DNA from: Opitutales bacterium
GTDB taxonomy: Bacteria; Verrucomicrobiota; Verrucomicrobiia; Opitutales; JABSRG01
Assembly (NCBI GenBank): GCA_049599475.1
Contig: JBMYOQ010000004.1
Location: 32,001-96,000 of the forward strand
Reading direction: 5' to 3'
DNA length: 64,000 nucleotides
The translations under genes and the position numbers were made by a program. The notes beneath the pieces are model-generated. The model saw only the letters and a program-made list of their open reading frames with translations, did no database searches and had not been told where the DNA came from. The first letter of the stretch is position 1; each line of letters starts with the position of its first letter. Positions 31,209-40,496 of the stretch are shown piece by piece.

Positions 31209-31817
31209 ATGGAAGAAACATTCATAGAGGCTTTTATCCGGATCTGGAACGGAGGCGGCTCTTTGATGATTCCTTTGGCGGCTCTCGCAGCATTTACCTA
31301 CTACACCGGTTTCGAATTATATTTTCACTTCGGAAGCGGCAATTACTTGAAGGTAAAATACGACGAGGTTGTCGACTGGATTTATACACCTTCAAAGGCC
31401 AAGGGAGAGGTCGGAGAGATCATCAATTATTGCTTTGATGGCTCCACGTCACTGGCTGACATTCAAAATCGCTATGCAGAGGTTCGCGCCGCGCATATTC
31501 CGCGAGTAGATAGGAGAATTGTTTTCCTCGGAGTTCTAATATCTATCGCACCCTTAATGGGGCTTTTGGGAACAGTTATGGGGATGCTCGAGACATTCGA
31601 CGGGCTTACCCGAAATGTCGGAAGAACGATCGACCTTATCGCTGGCGGTATTTCTGAGGCTCTCATCACCACACAAACGGGGCTAATGATTGCGATCCCT
31701 GGATATATCATCGTCTACATGGTGGTGCGCCGTCGCAATAAATTAGACGCTTTCATTACGCGTATGGAGTCCGTCTCCATGCAACGTATGGATGAATCTC
31801 TAAAGGCTGCTCAATAA
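31209..31817 (+). CDS. exbB: MotA/TolQ/ExbB proton channel protein
   Basis: APLMGLLGTVMGM, GISEALITTQTGL. Confidence 0.88.
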   Translation: MEETFIEAFIRIWNGGGSLMIPLAALAAFTYYTGFELYFHFGSGNYLKVKYDEVVDWIYTPSKAKGEVGEIINYCFDGSTSLADIQNRYAEVRAAHIPRVDRRIVFLGVLISIAPLMGLLGTVMGMLETFDGLTRNVGRTIDLIAGGISEALITTQTGLMIAIPGYIIVYMVVRRRNKLDAFITRMESVSMQRMDESLKAAQ

Positions 31818-32218
31818 TGGCTAAACAAAGAAAAACATTAAGCGGTCCTGGAGATGTGAGTGATGTGGATATCTCACCACTCATCGACATGGTCTTCATC
31901 CTACTGATCTTCTTCATCGTCGCGGCTGTTTTCATTGAAGAGCCGGGAGTCGAGGTCGACCGGGTCATCACCGTATCGGGTGATAAGCTGAAGAAGAAAT
32001 CTATCCTGATTGCTGTGACTGCTGAAAATTCTGTGGTTTACGGCGGTGAGGAGGTAAGTGTCTTGGGCGTTCGCGGACTTGTTGACCGCTTGAAGCAACC
32101 AGACACTCCAGTGATTCTTCAGGTTGACCAAGCATCGGATGCAAGTGTCGTGGCTCGAGTGATCGAACAAGCGGCCAATACGGGCTCACAGGTATTCGTG
32201 GCAACTTCAACAGACTAA
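31817..32218 (+). CDS. exbD: ExbD/TolR family protein
   Basis: DISPLIDMVFILLIFFIV. Confidence 0.9.
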   Translation: MAKQRKTLSGPGDVSDVDISPLIDMVFILLIFFIVAAVFIEEPGVEVDRVITVSGDKLKKKSILIAVTAENSVVYGGEEVSVLGVRGLVDRLKQPDTPVILQVDQASDASVVARVIEQAANTGSQVFVATSTD

Positions 32219-32224
32219 TCTCGG

Positions 32225-32626
32225 ATGAAAAAGAAAAGCTTTAGCAAATCTCAGAAGGGGGACGAGGTCGATATCTCTCCATTGATTGATATGGTCTTCA
32301 TCCTTTTGATTTTCTTTATTGTCACGACGGTGTTCATTGATGAACGCGGTTTTGAAACACCTGGTTCGAGTAACGCTCCAGACCAGCCGGATGAACCTAC
32401 AGAGCCAGTCATTTTCCGTATCACACGTGATGGAAATATCATGTTCGAAGATGCTCAGGTATCCATCGGAGCTATCCGACGAACCATTATTAATCGAAGC
32501 CAGCGAGAAGCTGTTCCAGTGATTGTGGAAGTCGAGAAGGGATCACGCTCGGGTTTGGCTCTACGAGTTTACGACGAGGCGCTTATTGCAGGTGCAGATT
32601 CTCCAACCCTTAAAATTGCAGAGTAA
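32225..32626 (+). CDS. exbD: ExbD/TolR family protein, second copy
   Basis: DISPLIDMVFILLIFFIV. Confidence 0.9.
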   Translation: MKKKSFSKSQKGDEVDISPLIDMVFILLIFFIVTTVFIDERGFETPGSSNAPDQPDEPTEPVIFRITRDGNIMFEDAQVSIGAIRRTIINRSQREAVPVIVEVEKGSRSGLALRVYDEALIAGADSPTLKIAE

Positions 32627-33279
32627 TGACTACAAACACCTACCGTTTATCGACTCTCAATAAATCTCCCCTCCCGATAATCGTCGGAGGGCTGGTCTCC
32701 GCGTCATTATTTTTCTTGCTCCCACTCACACAGTATTTTGCAGGAGGGAGTAACGACGATAATGATGTACGTAAGGTAGCCGTAACGCCGCCACCGCCAC
32801 CTGTTGAATTTGAAGAACCGCCACCAATCGAGGAGCCTCCACCTGAGGTCCAGGTTGAGCAGCTTGAAACGCCACCACCAGAGATAAGCCTTTCTGCTAT
32901 TGGCGCATCGCTTGCAGTGAATGCAGGGGCTGGAGGCATTTCTGTGGGCCTTGATGATTTCAACACTAAAGTAAACGCAGCCGATGAGATGATATTCTCT
33001 TTGGCCGAATTGGATAGGGTGCCTCGACGTCTTTCGGGTCGAAAGCCGGAGTATCCCTATGAGCTCAGAAGAAATAAAATTGAGGGCCACGTTCGCCTTG
33101 AAGTCCTGATTGACGAACAAGGTCGTGTAGAAGTTTTAGGCGTTTTAGAATCTACTCATCGCGAATTCGAGCGCCCGGCTATCGAGTCCGCAGAATCTTG
33201 TATCTTTGAAAAACCGATGAAAGACGGGAAAGCGGTGAAGACGAAATTCATTTTCCCATTCCCATTCACTATCAATTAA
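32626..33279 (+). CDS. tonB: Energy transducer TonB
   Basis: TM helix, Pro-rich linker, PEYP..RRNKIEGHVRLEVLIDEQGRV TonB_C domain. Confidence 0.9.
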   Translation: MTTNTYRLSTLNKSPLPIIVGGLVSASLFFLLPLTQYFAGGSNDDNDVRKVAVTPPPPPVEFEEPPPIEEPPPEVQVEQLETPPPEISLSAIGASLAVNAGAGGISVGLDDFNTKVNAADEMIFSLAELDRVPRRLSGRKPEYPYELRRNKIEGHVRLEVLIDEQGRVEVLGVLESTHREFERPAIESAESCIFEKPMKDGKAVKTKFIFPFPFTIN

Positions 33280-33312
33280 CAAATTTTAAGAACCCGGAAA
33301 TCATTTCCCAGT

Positions 33313-34689
33313 ATGAAACACACAATATTGATTCTATTAGCCGCGCTCACCAGCGCCTCTTACTCTTACGGGCAGAATACTTTTGGGCTGACCCAAAATT
33401 ATTGGTCTAGCAAGGGGTTCTTGGATCGCTTGATGGGCTCATATGGATTCTCAGGCGAAATTGAGCCGTCAATCAGTGAAGAAGAGGCGGCATTGTTTCG
33501 CGATCAAATCGTCCCTATGATGCAGGCAGGGCAGGTGGATTCTGCGATCCAAACGCTCGCTACCGCCTTGACTCCAGAATCGAGTGCTCAGTTGGATTTT
33601 AATTTGGGAAATTTATTTTTCCAAAGAGAGAATTTCCCGAGGGCACTACAGTATTACAACCAGGCTGTAGGAAAATTCGAAAACTTCCTCCGGGTGTATC
33701 GAAACATGGGTTTTGTTCATGTTCGGAGCGAGCAGTTCGACGAAGCGGTTGTCTCTCTGCTTAAAGTTATTGAATTGGGAGAAGGCGATGGTGACACCTA
33801 CGGTCTCCTCGCTTTTTGCTACATGAATCGAGAGCAATACGGGGCTGCTGAATCTGCTTATCGCAACGCAATTCTTTTAGATCCTAATTCCGTAGATTGG
33901 CGCAACGGGCTCATTCAGTGTCTTGTTCAAGCAGGACGAAGCGACGAGGCCATCATCTTGCTTGAGGATGCTATACTTGCTGATCCAAAGGAAGCGGCCT
34001 ATTGGCAGCTGCAAACCGACGCTTTTGTATCAACTCGTCAATACGACCGCGCAATTGGTAACTTGGAGATGTTGAAGCGGTTAGGCTTGTCGGATGCTGT
34101 CACGATGAAACTTCTTGGCGAACTCTACATGCGCGAGAGATTACCTGAATCTGCCTTAGGAGCATTTAAGCTAGCGCTTGAGGCAGAATCGAAGCTGTCG
34201 ACTGAAGACTATGTGAGAATTGCTCAGACTTTTCTCGTGCAAGGAAATTACGATGAGACTGAGTCATTTGTAGAGCAAATGGAGTCAACTGTAGACCTCA
34301 GTAGCACTGAGAAAATCGAAATTCTTAACCTCAAGAGTAAGCTCTACCTGAATACTGGCAGAACTGACGAAGCGGCAAAGATCCTTCAGCAACTCATTGA
34401 CCGTGACCCCAACAACGGAGAAGCGCTAATTTTGCTCGCAGAGTATAATGCAGATAAGGAACAGTTCGAGAAAGCGGGCTTTTTATATGAGAGAGCAACT
34501 AAAGTGGACGATTACGCCGCTGAAGCATATCTTGATTATGCTCAGATGCGTGTAACGCAGAAGCAATACGCTAAAGCTGTGCCTCTACTCCGCTCTTACT
34601 TACGGTTAAAGCCATCAAATCGGGTTGAACGTTACCTGGAATCAGTAGAGCGAGCGGCGGCTCAGGCGGCAGCAAATGAGAATATCTGA
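33313..34689 (+). CDS. Secreted tetratricopeptide repeat protein (TtpD-like)
   Basis: Signal peptide, multiple TPR motifs; last gene of the TonB operon. Confidence 0.85.
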   Translation: MKHTILILLAALTSASYSYGQNTFGLTQNYWSSKGFLDRLMGSYGFSGEIEPSISEEEAALFRDQIVPMMQAGQVDSAIQTLATALTPESSAQLDFNLGNLFFQRENFPRALQYYNQAVGKFENFLRVYRNMGFVHVRSEQFDEAVVSLLKVIELGEGDGDTYGLLAFCYMNREQYGAAESAYRNAILLDPNSVDWRNGLIQCLVQAGRSDEAIILLEDAILADPKEAAYWQLQTDAFVSTRQYDRAIGNLEMLKRLGLSDAVTMKLLGELYMRERLPESALGAFKLALEAESKLSTEDYVRIAQTFLVQGNYDETESFVEQMESTVDLSSTEKIEILNLKSKLYLNTGRTDEAAKILQQLIDRDPNNGEALILLAEYNADKEQFEKAGFLYERATKVDDYAAEAYLDYAQMRVTQKQYAKAVPLLRSYLRLKPSNRVERYLESVERAAAQAAANENI

Positions 34690-34715
34690 GTAGGTCGCAC
34701 TAATTACTATTTTGG

Positions 34716-34751
34716 ATACCACACTTAGGATATTAAGTGTGGTATTTTTTT
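34716..34751 (+). terminator. Rho-independent terminator after the TonB operon
   Basis: ATACCACACTTA-ggatat-TAAGTGTGGTAT followed by a T tract. Confidence 0.85.
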
Positions 34752-34843
34752 GTTGCTAAAGGACGTTTACTGAAAGTCAGCAATGTGTGCAGTTTTGTCC
34801 CGCTTTTTCTGGCAAAACAGGGAGGATCTGCTTTTTTCGAAGG

Positions 34844-36274
34844 ATGTCTGCATCTCTGCTGATAGTTGACGACGAAAAACACACGCGCGAGGGGCTTGGG
34901 CTTGCGCTCGAGGATAAATACGAAGTCTTTCTAGCGGGCAACGCTCAGGAAGCCTTTAACTTAATGGATTCCGAGGAGTTCGATGTCGTGTTGACGGATT
35001 TGCGAATGGCCGGCAAGAGCGGGCTTACGGTGATTGATCGATGCCTCAAAATGAGTCCGAGTCCGATCTGTATCATGATGACTGCCTATGGCTCTGTGGA
35101 TACGGCAGTTAAGGCTATGAAGCGAGGTGCTTTCGACTTCATGACTAAGCCGGTGAATCTAGAAAAGCTTGAGATTCTCGTTGCCCGAGCGCTCGAGTCG
35201 CGAAGCCTTAAGCAGGAAAATACCGAGCTGCATGAGCGCCTCGATAAAAAGTATCAATTCAGCGCAATAATTGGTAATTCCGATGCCTTGGGTCGGGTTA
35301 TTGATCGAGTGAAACAGGTGGCACCGACCAAGGCCACGGTACTGATCACGGGCGAAACAGGAACGGGTAAAGAGCTCATAGCCCAAGCCATTCACCAAAA
35401 TAGCGATCGCGCGCGTGCGCCATTTATCCCGGTAAACTGCGCAGCTTTGGCGGCCAATCTATTGGAGAGTGAATTGTTTGGACATGAGAAGGGAGCTTTC
35501 ACGGGGGCGTCTGAGAAACGGATAGGGCGGTTTGAAGCGGCCGACGGAGGTACCCTGTTTTTAGATGAAATTGGAGAAATCGACGCGTCGACGCAGGTGA
35601 AGCTCCTACGCTTTTTGGAGAGCAAGCAATTTGAACGCTTGGGAAGCTCGAAACCGATCGAAGTGGACGTACGTCTTGTATTCGCGACGAATCGAGATTT
35701 GGAAGAAATGGTCCGCAAGGGAGATTTCAGGGAGGACTTATATTACCGCCTAAATGTGGTTCCGATTCATTTGCCGCCATTGAGAGAGCGCAAGGACGAT
35801 CTCATTCTTTTGCTGAATCACTACGTTCGTTATTTCGCTGAAGAGAACCGCGTGAAACCCGCGCAGTTGTCCGAGGGCGCAATCCGAGTGCTTTCGGAAT
35901 ATCCGTGGCCGGGTAACATTCGAGAATTACGGAATTTCGCGGAAAATATCGTAGTACTTAAAGGCGGTCAGACTGTCCAAGAGTTCGATCTCGACGAGCG
36001 TTACCTGGGCAAAGGTTTGGTCATCCCTCGGCAGACATCTGTTTCAGATTCGGATTTTGATTCTCCGGGAACACTTCCGCATAGCTATGAAGGCCTTCAA
36101 GGGCGGTCGCAATCTACACCCTCACTCTCCAAGGAAGATAGCGAAAAGAGATTGTTGAGGAACGCGCTCGTGCAAGCAAAGGGGAACCGGACTAAGGCTG
36201 CGCAGTTAATGGGGATCAGCCGGAGGACTCTTCACCGGAAACTGGGACAGTGGCCGGAGTTAGATACAAAATAG
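34844..36274 (+). CDS. Sigma54-dependent response regulator (NtrC/AtoC family)
   Basis: REC (IVDDE, LTDLRM), GETGTGKE, GAFTGA, WPGNIREL, Fis-type HTH. Confidence 0.95.
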   Translation: MSASLLIVDDEKHTREGLGLALEDKYEVFLAGNAQEAFNLMDSEEFDVVLTDLRMAGKSGLTVIDRCLKMSPSPICIMMTAYGSVDTAVKAMKRGAFDFMTKPVNLEKLEILVARALESRSLKQENTELHERLDKKYQFSAIIGNSDALGRVIDRVKQVAPTKATVLITGETGTGKELIAQAIHQNSDRARAPFIPVNCAALAANLLESELFGHEKGAFTGASEKRIGRFEAADGGTLFLDEIGEIDASTQVKLLRFLESKQFERLGSSKPIEVDVRLVFATNRDLEEMVRKGDFREDLYYRLNVVPIHLPPLRERKDDLILLLNHYVRYFAEENRVKPAQLSEGAIRVLSEYPWPGNIRELRNFAENIVVLKGGQTVQEFDLDERYLGKGLVIPRQTSVSDSDFDSPGTLPHSYEGLQGRSQSTPSLSKEDSEKRLLRNALVQAKGNRTKAAQLMGISRRTLHRKLGQWPELDTK

Positions 36275-36308
36275 GGTTGAAGCGAATTAATTTAGGGTCG
36301 TTATTTCC

Positions 36309-37199
36309 ATGGTGCCTCAAAAAACTCAAGTGTACCCCCTTATTTGGTTTGTAATATCTGTTTTATCAACGGTGCCTGCGGCTGCGAATAGTATCGATTT
36401 GGTAGGTTCTGATTTTATGTGGCCGTGGATCGAGGACGCCTTGGGTCCGCTCGACGCGGCTAATGACTCCATTGACATCGCGTATTCCATGAAGGGCAGC
36501 TTCCCTGGGCTTACCGATATCAGATTAGACGATGCCAACCTCGGAATCATCGCAATTGCTCCCGGAGAATCGGTTCCGGAGCGGCCTTTGGTATCTATCC
36601 CGATAGGGTATCATGTGGCGTATATTTTGGTCCATAAATCGAACCAGTTGCGTGAAATTTCAAGCAATAGACTCGCCGGCATTTTTGGGGCAAACGAGGA
36701 GACGGATTATGGTCAATGGGGCCAATTGGGATTGCTTGAGTGGGAGGCCCGCACCATCAACCCGGCGATACATTCAGGGGAGAATTCTTTGGCAGATAGT
36801 ATTTTCAGATATACTGTTTTGCGCACGCCTGAGTTGAAGGGTGGGGTCGCGGAGCACCTCAACGCGGAAGAATTGGAAAGCTTTATCTCGAAAAACGAAA
36901 ACGTTATCGCGGTCTCCAGCCGTTCTCCAAACCCGAACGGTCAGGTCCGGGCTTTGCCGGTCGCTCTCGATATCGATTCACCTGGATATGTGCCGACTCC
37001 TGAGACTGTGCATTTTCGGGATTACCAAATGGTCCTACCTTACTATCTCGTGTTCCCGGAGTCTGAGCGCAGTGTGGTAGAGCCGATTGTCAGGTATTTG
37101 CTGAGTGACCGCTTCGCTTCTAGGTTGGAGCAAGAGGGATTCATGCCCCTGCCTCAAAGAGAACGTCAACGGCTTGGTATTACACTTGGTCGCCAGTAG
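36309..37199 (+). CDS. PstS-like periplasmic binding-domain protein, divergent
   Basis: Signal peptide, LVGSD, KGSFPG, ILVHKSN, LAGIFG...WGQLG pattern. Confidence 0.65.
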   Translation: MVPQKTQVYPLIWFVISVLSTVPAAANSIDLVGSDFMWPWIEDALGPLDAANDSIDIAYSMKGSFPGLTDIRLDDANLGIIAIAPGESVPERPLVSIPIGYHVAYILVHKSNQLREISSNRLAGIFGANEETDYGQWGQLGLLEWEARTINPAIHSGENSLADSIFRYTVLRTPELKGGVAEHLNAEELESFISKNENVIAVSSRSPNPNGQVRALPVALDIDSPGYVPTPETVHFRDYQMVLPYYLVFPESERSVVEPIVRYLLSDRFASRLEQEGFMPLPQRERQRLGITLGRQ

Positions 37200-37246
37200 T
37201 GTTTGCCTTCGGGTTCCAAGAGGGATTCTAAACTGCAGGTAGATAG

Positions 37247-38194
37247 CTAAAAAAGAGCTTTTGCGGCTATCGTGCATTTTCGCCAAAAAGGGACAAATGC
37301 CCGGCCCGCGAAGGGATTGTTGTCTTGGAGCTGTATGGAATCGAGTATCCCTGCGTAGACCCGCGACATGATAAGCGCGCATTTCTGGGACCCGTCAGAC
37401 GGGATCGCCTTCAACCCCATTTCACCCCTTGTGTAAAATTCCTGGGCTCTGCTTATTTCGCGTGCCATGAGATCTTTCCAACGTGCATCGTGCTTCCGTT
37501 CGTCTAAATCCTGGTAGGATAAGGAAAATTCCTTCAGAAAATCGAGAGGTAGGTAGCAACGCTCTTTTCGCCAATCTTCATGGACATCACGCAGGATATT
37601 CGTGAGTTGCAGCGCGATGCCCATCTCTATGGCTTGGGGAAGTGCTTTATGGTCTTTTACTCCAAAAACACAGCACATGATGAGGCCTACAACACTGGCT
37701 ACATAGTAACAATAGAGCTCAAGCTCTTCGTAGGTCTGAAGCTTTTGAGGCTGCCTGTCCAAGCAGCAGCCATGGATTAAATCGTGCCAAAACGGAACCG
37801 GGATACCGAACTCATTGTGGGCTTTTTGGAGTGCGGGAGCGAAATCATGTGTGGATTCGCCCTTCAAAATTTCTGCCAATTCCTTTCTCAAAAAATCCTC
37901 GGTGGGGGCGAGATCTGCAACCGGGGCGTCGTCGATGATATCATCAATATATCGGCAATAGGCGTAGACTACAAAGGCTCCGAGTCGCTTGTATTTCGGA
38001 AGGGGGAAGGATGCAAAATAGAAGGACTTGGCGTGGTGCCGCGTCGTTTCGCGGCAAGCATCTAGAGAGACTTTTAAGTGAGCCGACTTCCACCAATCAG
38101 GGTCTGGATCTTTTAGGTTCCACACCTCGGGTATTTTTGAAGCGACGTCAGGAGTCATATAAGTCCCATACAGTTCCGGGTGCGGTGCGTCCAA
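37247..38194 (-). CDS. Phytoene/squalene synthase family protein
   Basis: HAKSFYFAS, CRYIDDIID, YCYYVASVVG, LQLTNILRDVHED; start may be ATG 38158. Confidence 0.9.
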   Translation of the reverse strand: MDAPHPELYGTYMTPDVASKIPEVWNLKDPDPDWWKSAHLKVSLDACRETTRHHAKSFYFASFPLPKYKRLGAFVVYAYCRYIDDIIDDAPVADLAPTEDFLRKELAEILKGESTHDFAPALQKAHNEFGIPVPFWHDLIHGCCLDRQPQKLQTYEELELYCYYVASVVGLIMCCVFGVKDHKALPQAIEMGIALQLTNILRDVHEDWRKERCYLPLDFLKEFSLSYQDLDERKHDARWKDLMAREISRAQEFYTRGEMGLKAIPSDGSQKCALIMSRVYAGILDSIQLQDNNPFAGRAFVPFWRKCTIAAKALF

Positions 38195-38292
38195 GAAGAA
38201 ATTGATGAATCGTGACGATCTATAATTTTTGTATCTACGAGGAAAAAGAGACTGGTCATTTTACTGCATTCATAGAGTAGTTTATCACCCTT

Positions 38293-38655
38293 ATGAATCC
38301 TCTCAACCTACGCTTGCTTTGGAAAGGACTCACGGGCCGTAGCCTCGTGTTTTCGCTCCTGTTTGCGACTGCGGTTCTGGGGTATTCAGGAGCCGGGGCT
38401 ATCCGTGACATCTTCGGGGCGATTGGCGTGCCGTGGTGGTTGGTCTGGATTGTGCCATTTGTTTTGATAGGCGCGATTGCTAAACGAGAAGAGAAGTGGC
38501 TTCCCAATGAAAAATATCGGAAGTGGGTCAGCTACGGGATTGTGGCATTTTCGATAGGGTTTGGCTACTTGCTTTGGAGCATGGAACAGGATGCGAAGCA
38601 GTATGATCCGCCGAAGGAAATTAGGCGACCAAAGGGACGAGCGGGAGAGCGCTAA
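38293..38655 (+). CDS. Hypothetical membrane protein with about 3 TM helices
   Basis: Hydrophobic segments; ends 2 bp before the CLC gene. Confidence 0.65.
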   Translation: MNPLNLRLLWKGLTGRSLVFSLLFATAVLGYSGAGAIRDIFGAIGVPWWLVWIVPFVLIGAIAKREEKWLPNEKYRKWVSYGIVAFSIGFGYLLWSMEQDAKQYDPPKEIRRPKGRAGER

Positions 38656-38657
38656 AA

Positions 38658-40463
38658 ATGGCCAATGGATTAGTAAACAAATTTTCGCTGTGGCTCAGAG
38701 GTAGGTTCAGCGATGCTCAACGCTTTCTCATCCTCTGCATCGTTGCTGGTATTCTGTGTGGCTTGGTGGGAGTCGGTTTCCACTTTTCCATCGAATTCGT
38801 GTATCACCTCGTGTTCCACGTATCCGTTGATCCAGAGACGGGAGAGTATGCAACAATTCCTATTTGGGTCTTAGTCGCGGCGCCTACTTTTGGTGGATTA
38901 ATCGTCGGCCTCGTGCTCGATAAGCTAGCACCGCGGGCGGCGGGTTCGGGAATTCCGCAGACCAAGGAAGCCTACCATAATCACTTTGGGCTCATTCGGA
39001 TCCGAGATGGGATCTATCGCTTTATCGTGGGTTCGATTTCTGTAGGTATGGGAAACAGCTTAGGACGTGAGGGGCCGACGGTCCATATTTGCTCGGCGGT
39101 TGCGTCCAAGATAGGACAAGCGATGGGGCTTGCTAAGTCGCGTATCCAAGCGATGGTCCCAGTCGGAATGGGCGCGGGTATCGCTGCAGCCTTCAATACG
39201 CCATTGGCTGCGATCTTTTTCGTCTTCGAGGAACTCTTGGGCGACTTTTCGAGTAAAGCATTAGGTGGACTGGTTGTGGCAGTTGTCGTAGCCGCGACGG
39301 TGGAGCGGAGCATCCTTGGGGAGCATGCCGCATTGCAGGTCGATACCACTCAGTTTCTAACTGACACCTGGATGCTCATCAGCTTGCCAATGGGAATTGC
39401 TGCTGCGCTTCTGGGAACGCTGTTTGTTAAATCGATTCTTTCTCTGCGGCAGAAGTTTAAAGACAACGAAAACATTCCCCGGTGGCTACGTCCGGCCTTG
39501 GGAGGCTTGGGAGTCGGGGTGATTGGAGCTGGGGCTTACCTGATTTTGCAGCAACAGCATATTGGAGTCTTTGGAGTAGGGTATGCCGATCTGAATTCGG
39601 CGCTGGCAGGATCGCTCCCGTTTCTCGTTTTGTTCGTCCTGTTTATCGGAAAGTTCGGTGCTACCATTGTCTGCTATTCATCTGGGGCCAGTGGCGGTAT
39701 TTTCGCTCCTGTATTGTTCTTAGGAAGTATGCTTGGGGGAATGTTTGGAGTGCCTCTGGTATACGCATTTAATCTGGATACATCGATACTTGCGGCGTGT
39801 GCCCTTCTCGGGATGGGAGCATTCTTTGCGGCTGTCATACGGTGTCCGATGACCTCGATCCTGATCATCTTCGAGATGACGCGCAATTACTCGCTAATCC
39901 TGCCTTTGATGGCTGGAAATATTTTAGCCTATTTTATCGCACGAAGGCTTCAACCGATTCCCATCTACGATGCGCTCCTGATTCAGGACAATGTAAGCCT
40001 TAAAAAACTACCCACCTATCGTGGGGATAAGGATTGGAAAAATCTCCCGATTAGCACCATCACCACTTACGAGACAATACGTATCGCCTCTGACCTGACG
40101 GTTCGTGAGGCATTGGAGGGATTGAATGGGAAAAAGCATCACGCATATCCGGTGATGGTGTTTAATAAGGAAAGCAATCGTCGTGAGCTGCTTGCTATGG
40201 TGACTCACCATGAACTCATAGAGACCGAACGAATCAATCCTGAGAAGCGGGTAAGCTCTATTATTGAAGGACAAAAGGTCGTCTCAGTATACCCCAGAGC
40301 CTCGATACGAGACGTAGCGAATACACTGGTGGTCGAAGATAAAATGCAAGTTCCTGTTGTCTCAAAGACGGACCCTAAGCGACTGATCGGTATTGTGACG
40401 CTCCACGATATCGCGAGACAGCAGAATGCGATCGAGGATCGATTTCACGGACAAGAAAGCTGA
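38658..40463 (+). CDS. CLC chloride/H+ antiporter family protein with CBS domains
   Basis: GSGIP, GREGPT, FEEL, GGIFAP, C-terminal CBS pair. Confidence 0.93.
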   Translation: MANGLVNKFSLWLRGRFSDAQRFLILCIVAGILCGLVGVGFHFSIEFVYHLVFHVSVDPETGEYATIPIWVLVAAPTFGGLIVGLVLDKLAPRAAGSGIPQTKEAYHNHFGLIRIRDGIYRFIVGSISVGMGNSLGREGPTVHICSAVASKIGQAMGLAKSRIQAMVPVGMGAGIAAAFNTPLAAIFFVFEELLGDFSSKALGGLVVAVVVAATVERSILGEHAALQVDTTQFLTDTWMLISLPMGIAAALLGTLFVKSILSLRQKFKDNENIPRWLRPALGGLGVGVIGAGAYLILQQQHIGVFGVGYADLNSALAGSLPFLVLFVLFIGKFGATIVCYSSGASGGIFAPVLFLGSMLGGMFGVPLVYAFNLDTSILAACALLGMGAFFAAVIRCPMTSILIIFEMTRNYSLILPLMAGNILAYFIARRLQPIPIYDALLIQDNVSLKKLPTYRGDKDWKNLPISTITTYETIRIASDLTVREALEGLNGKKHHAYPVMVFNKESNRRELLAMVTHHELIETERINPEKRVSSIIEGQKVVSVYPRASIRDVANTLVVEDKMQVPVVSKTDPKRLIGIVTLHDIARQQNAIEDRFHGQES

Positions 40464-40496
40464 GTCGGCTTTCTTCAAACGAGGTGCCTAATCTGC

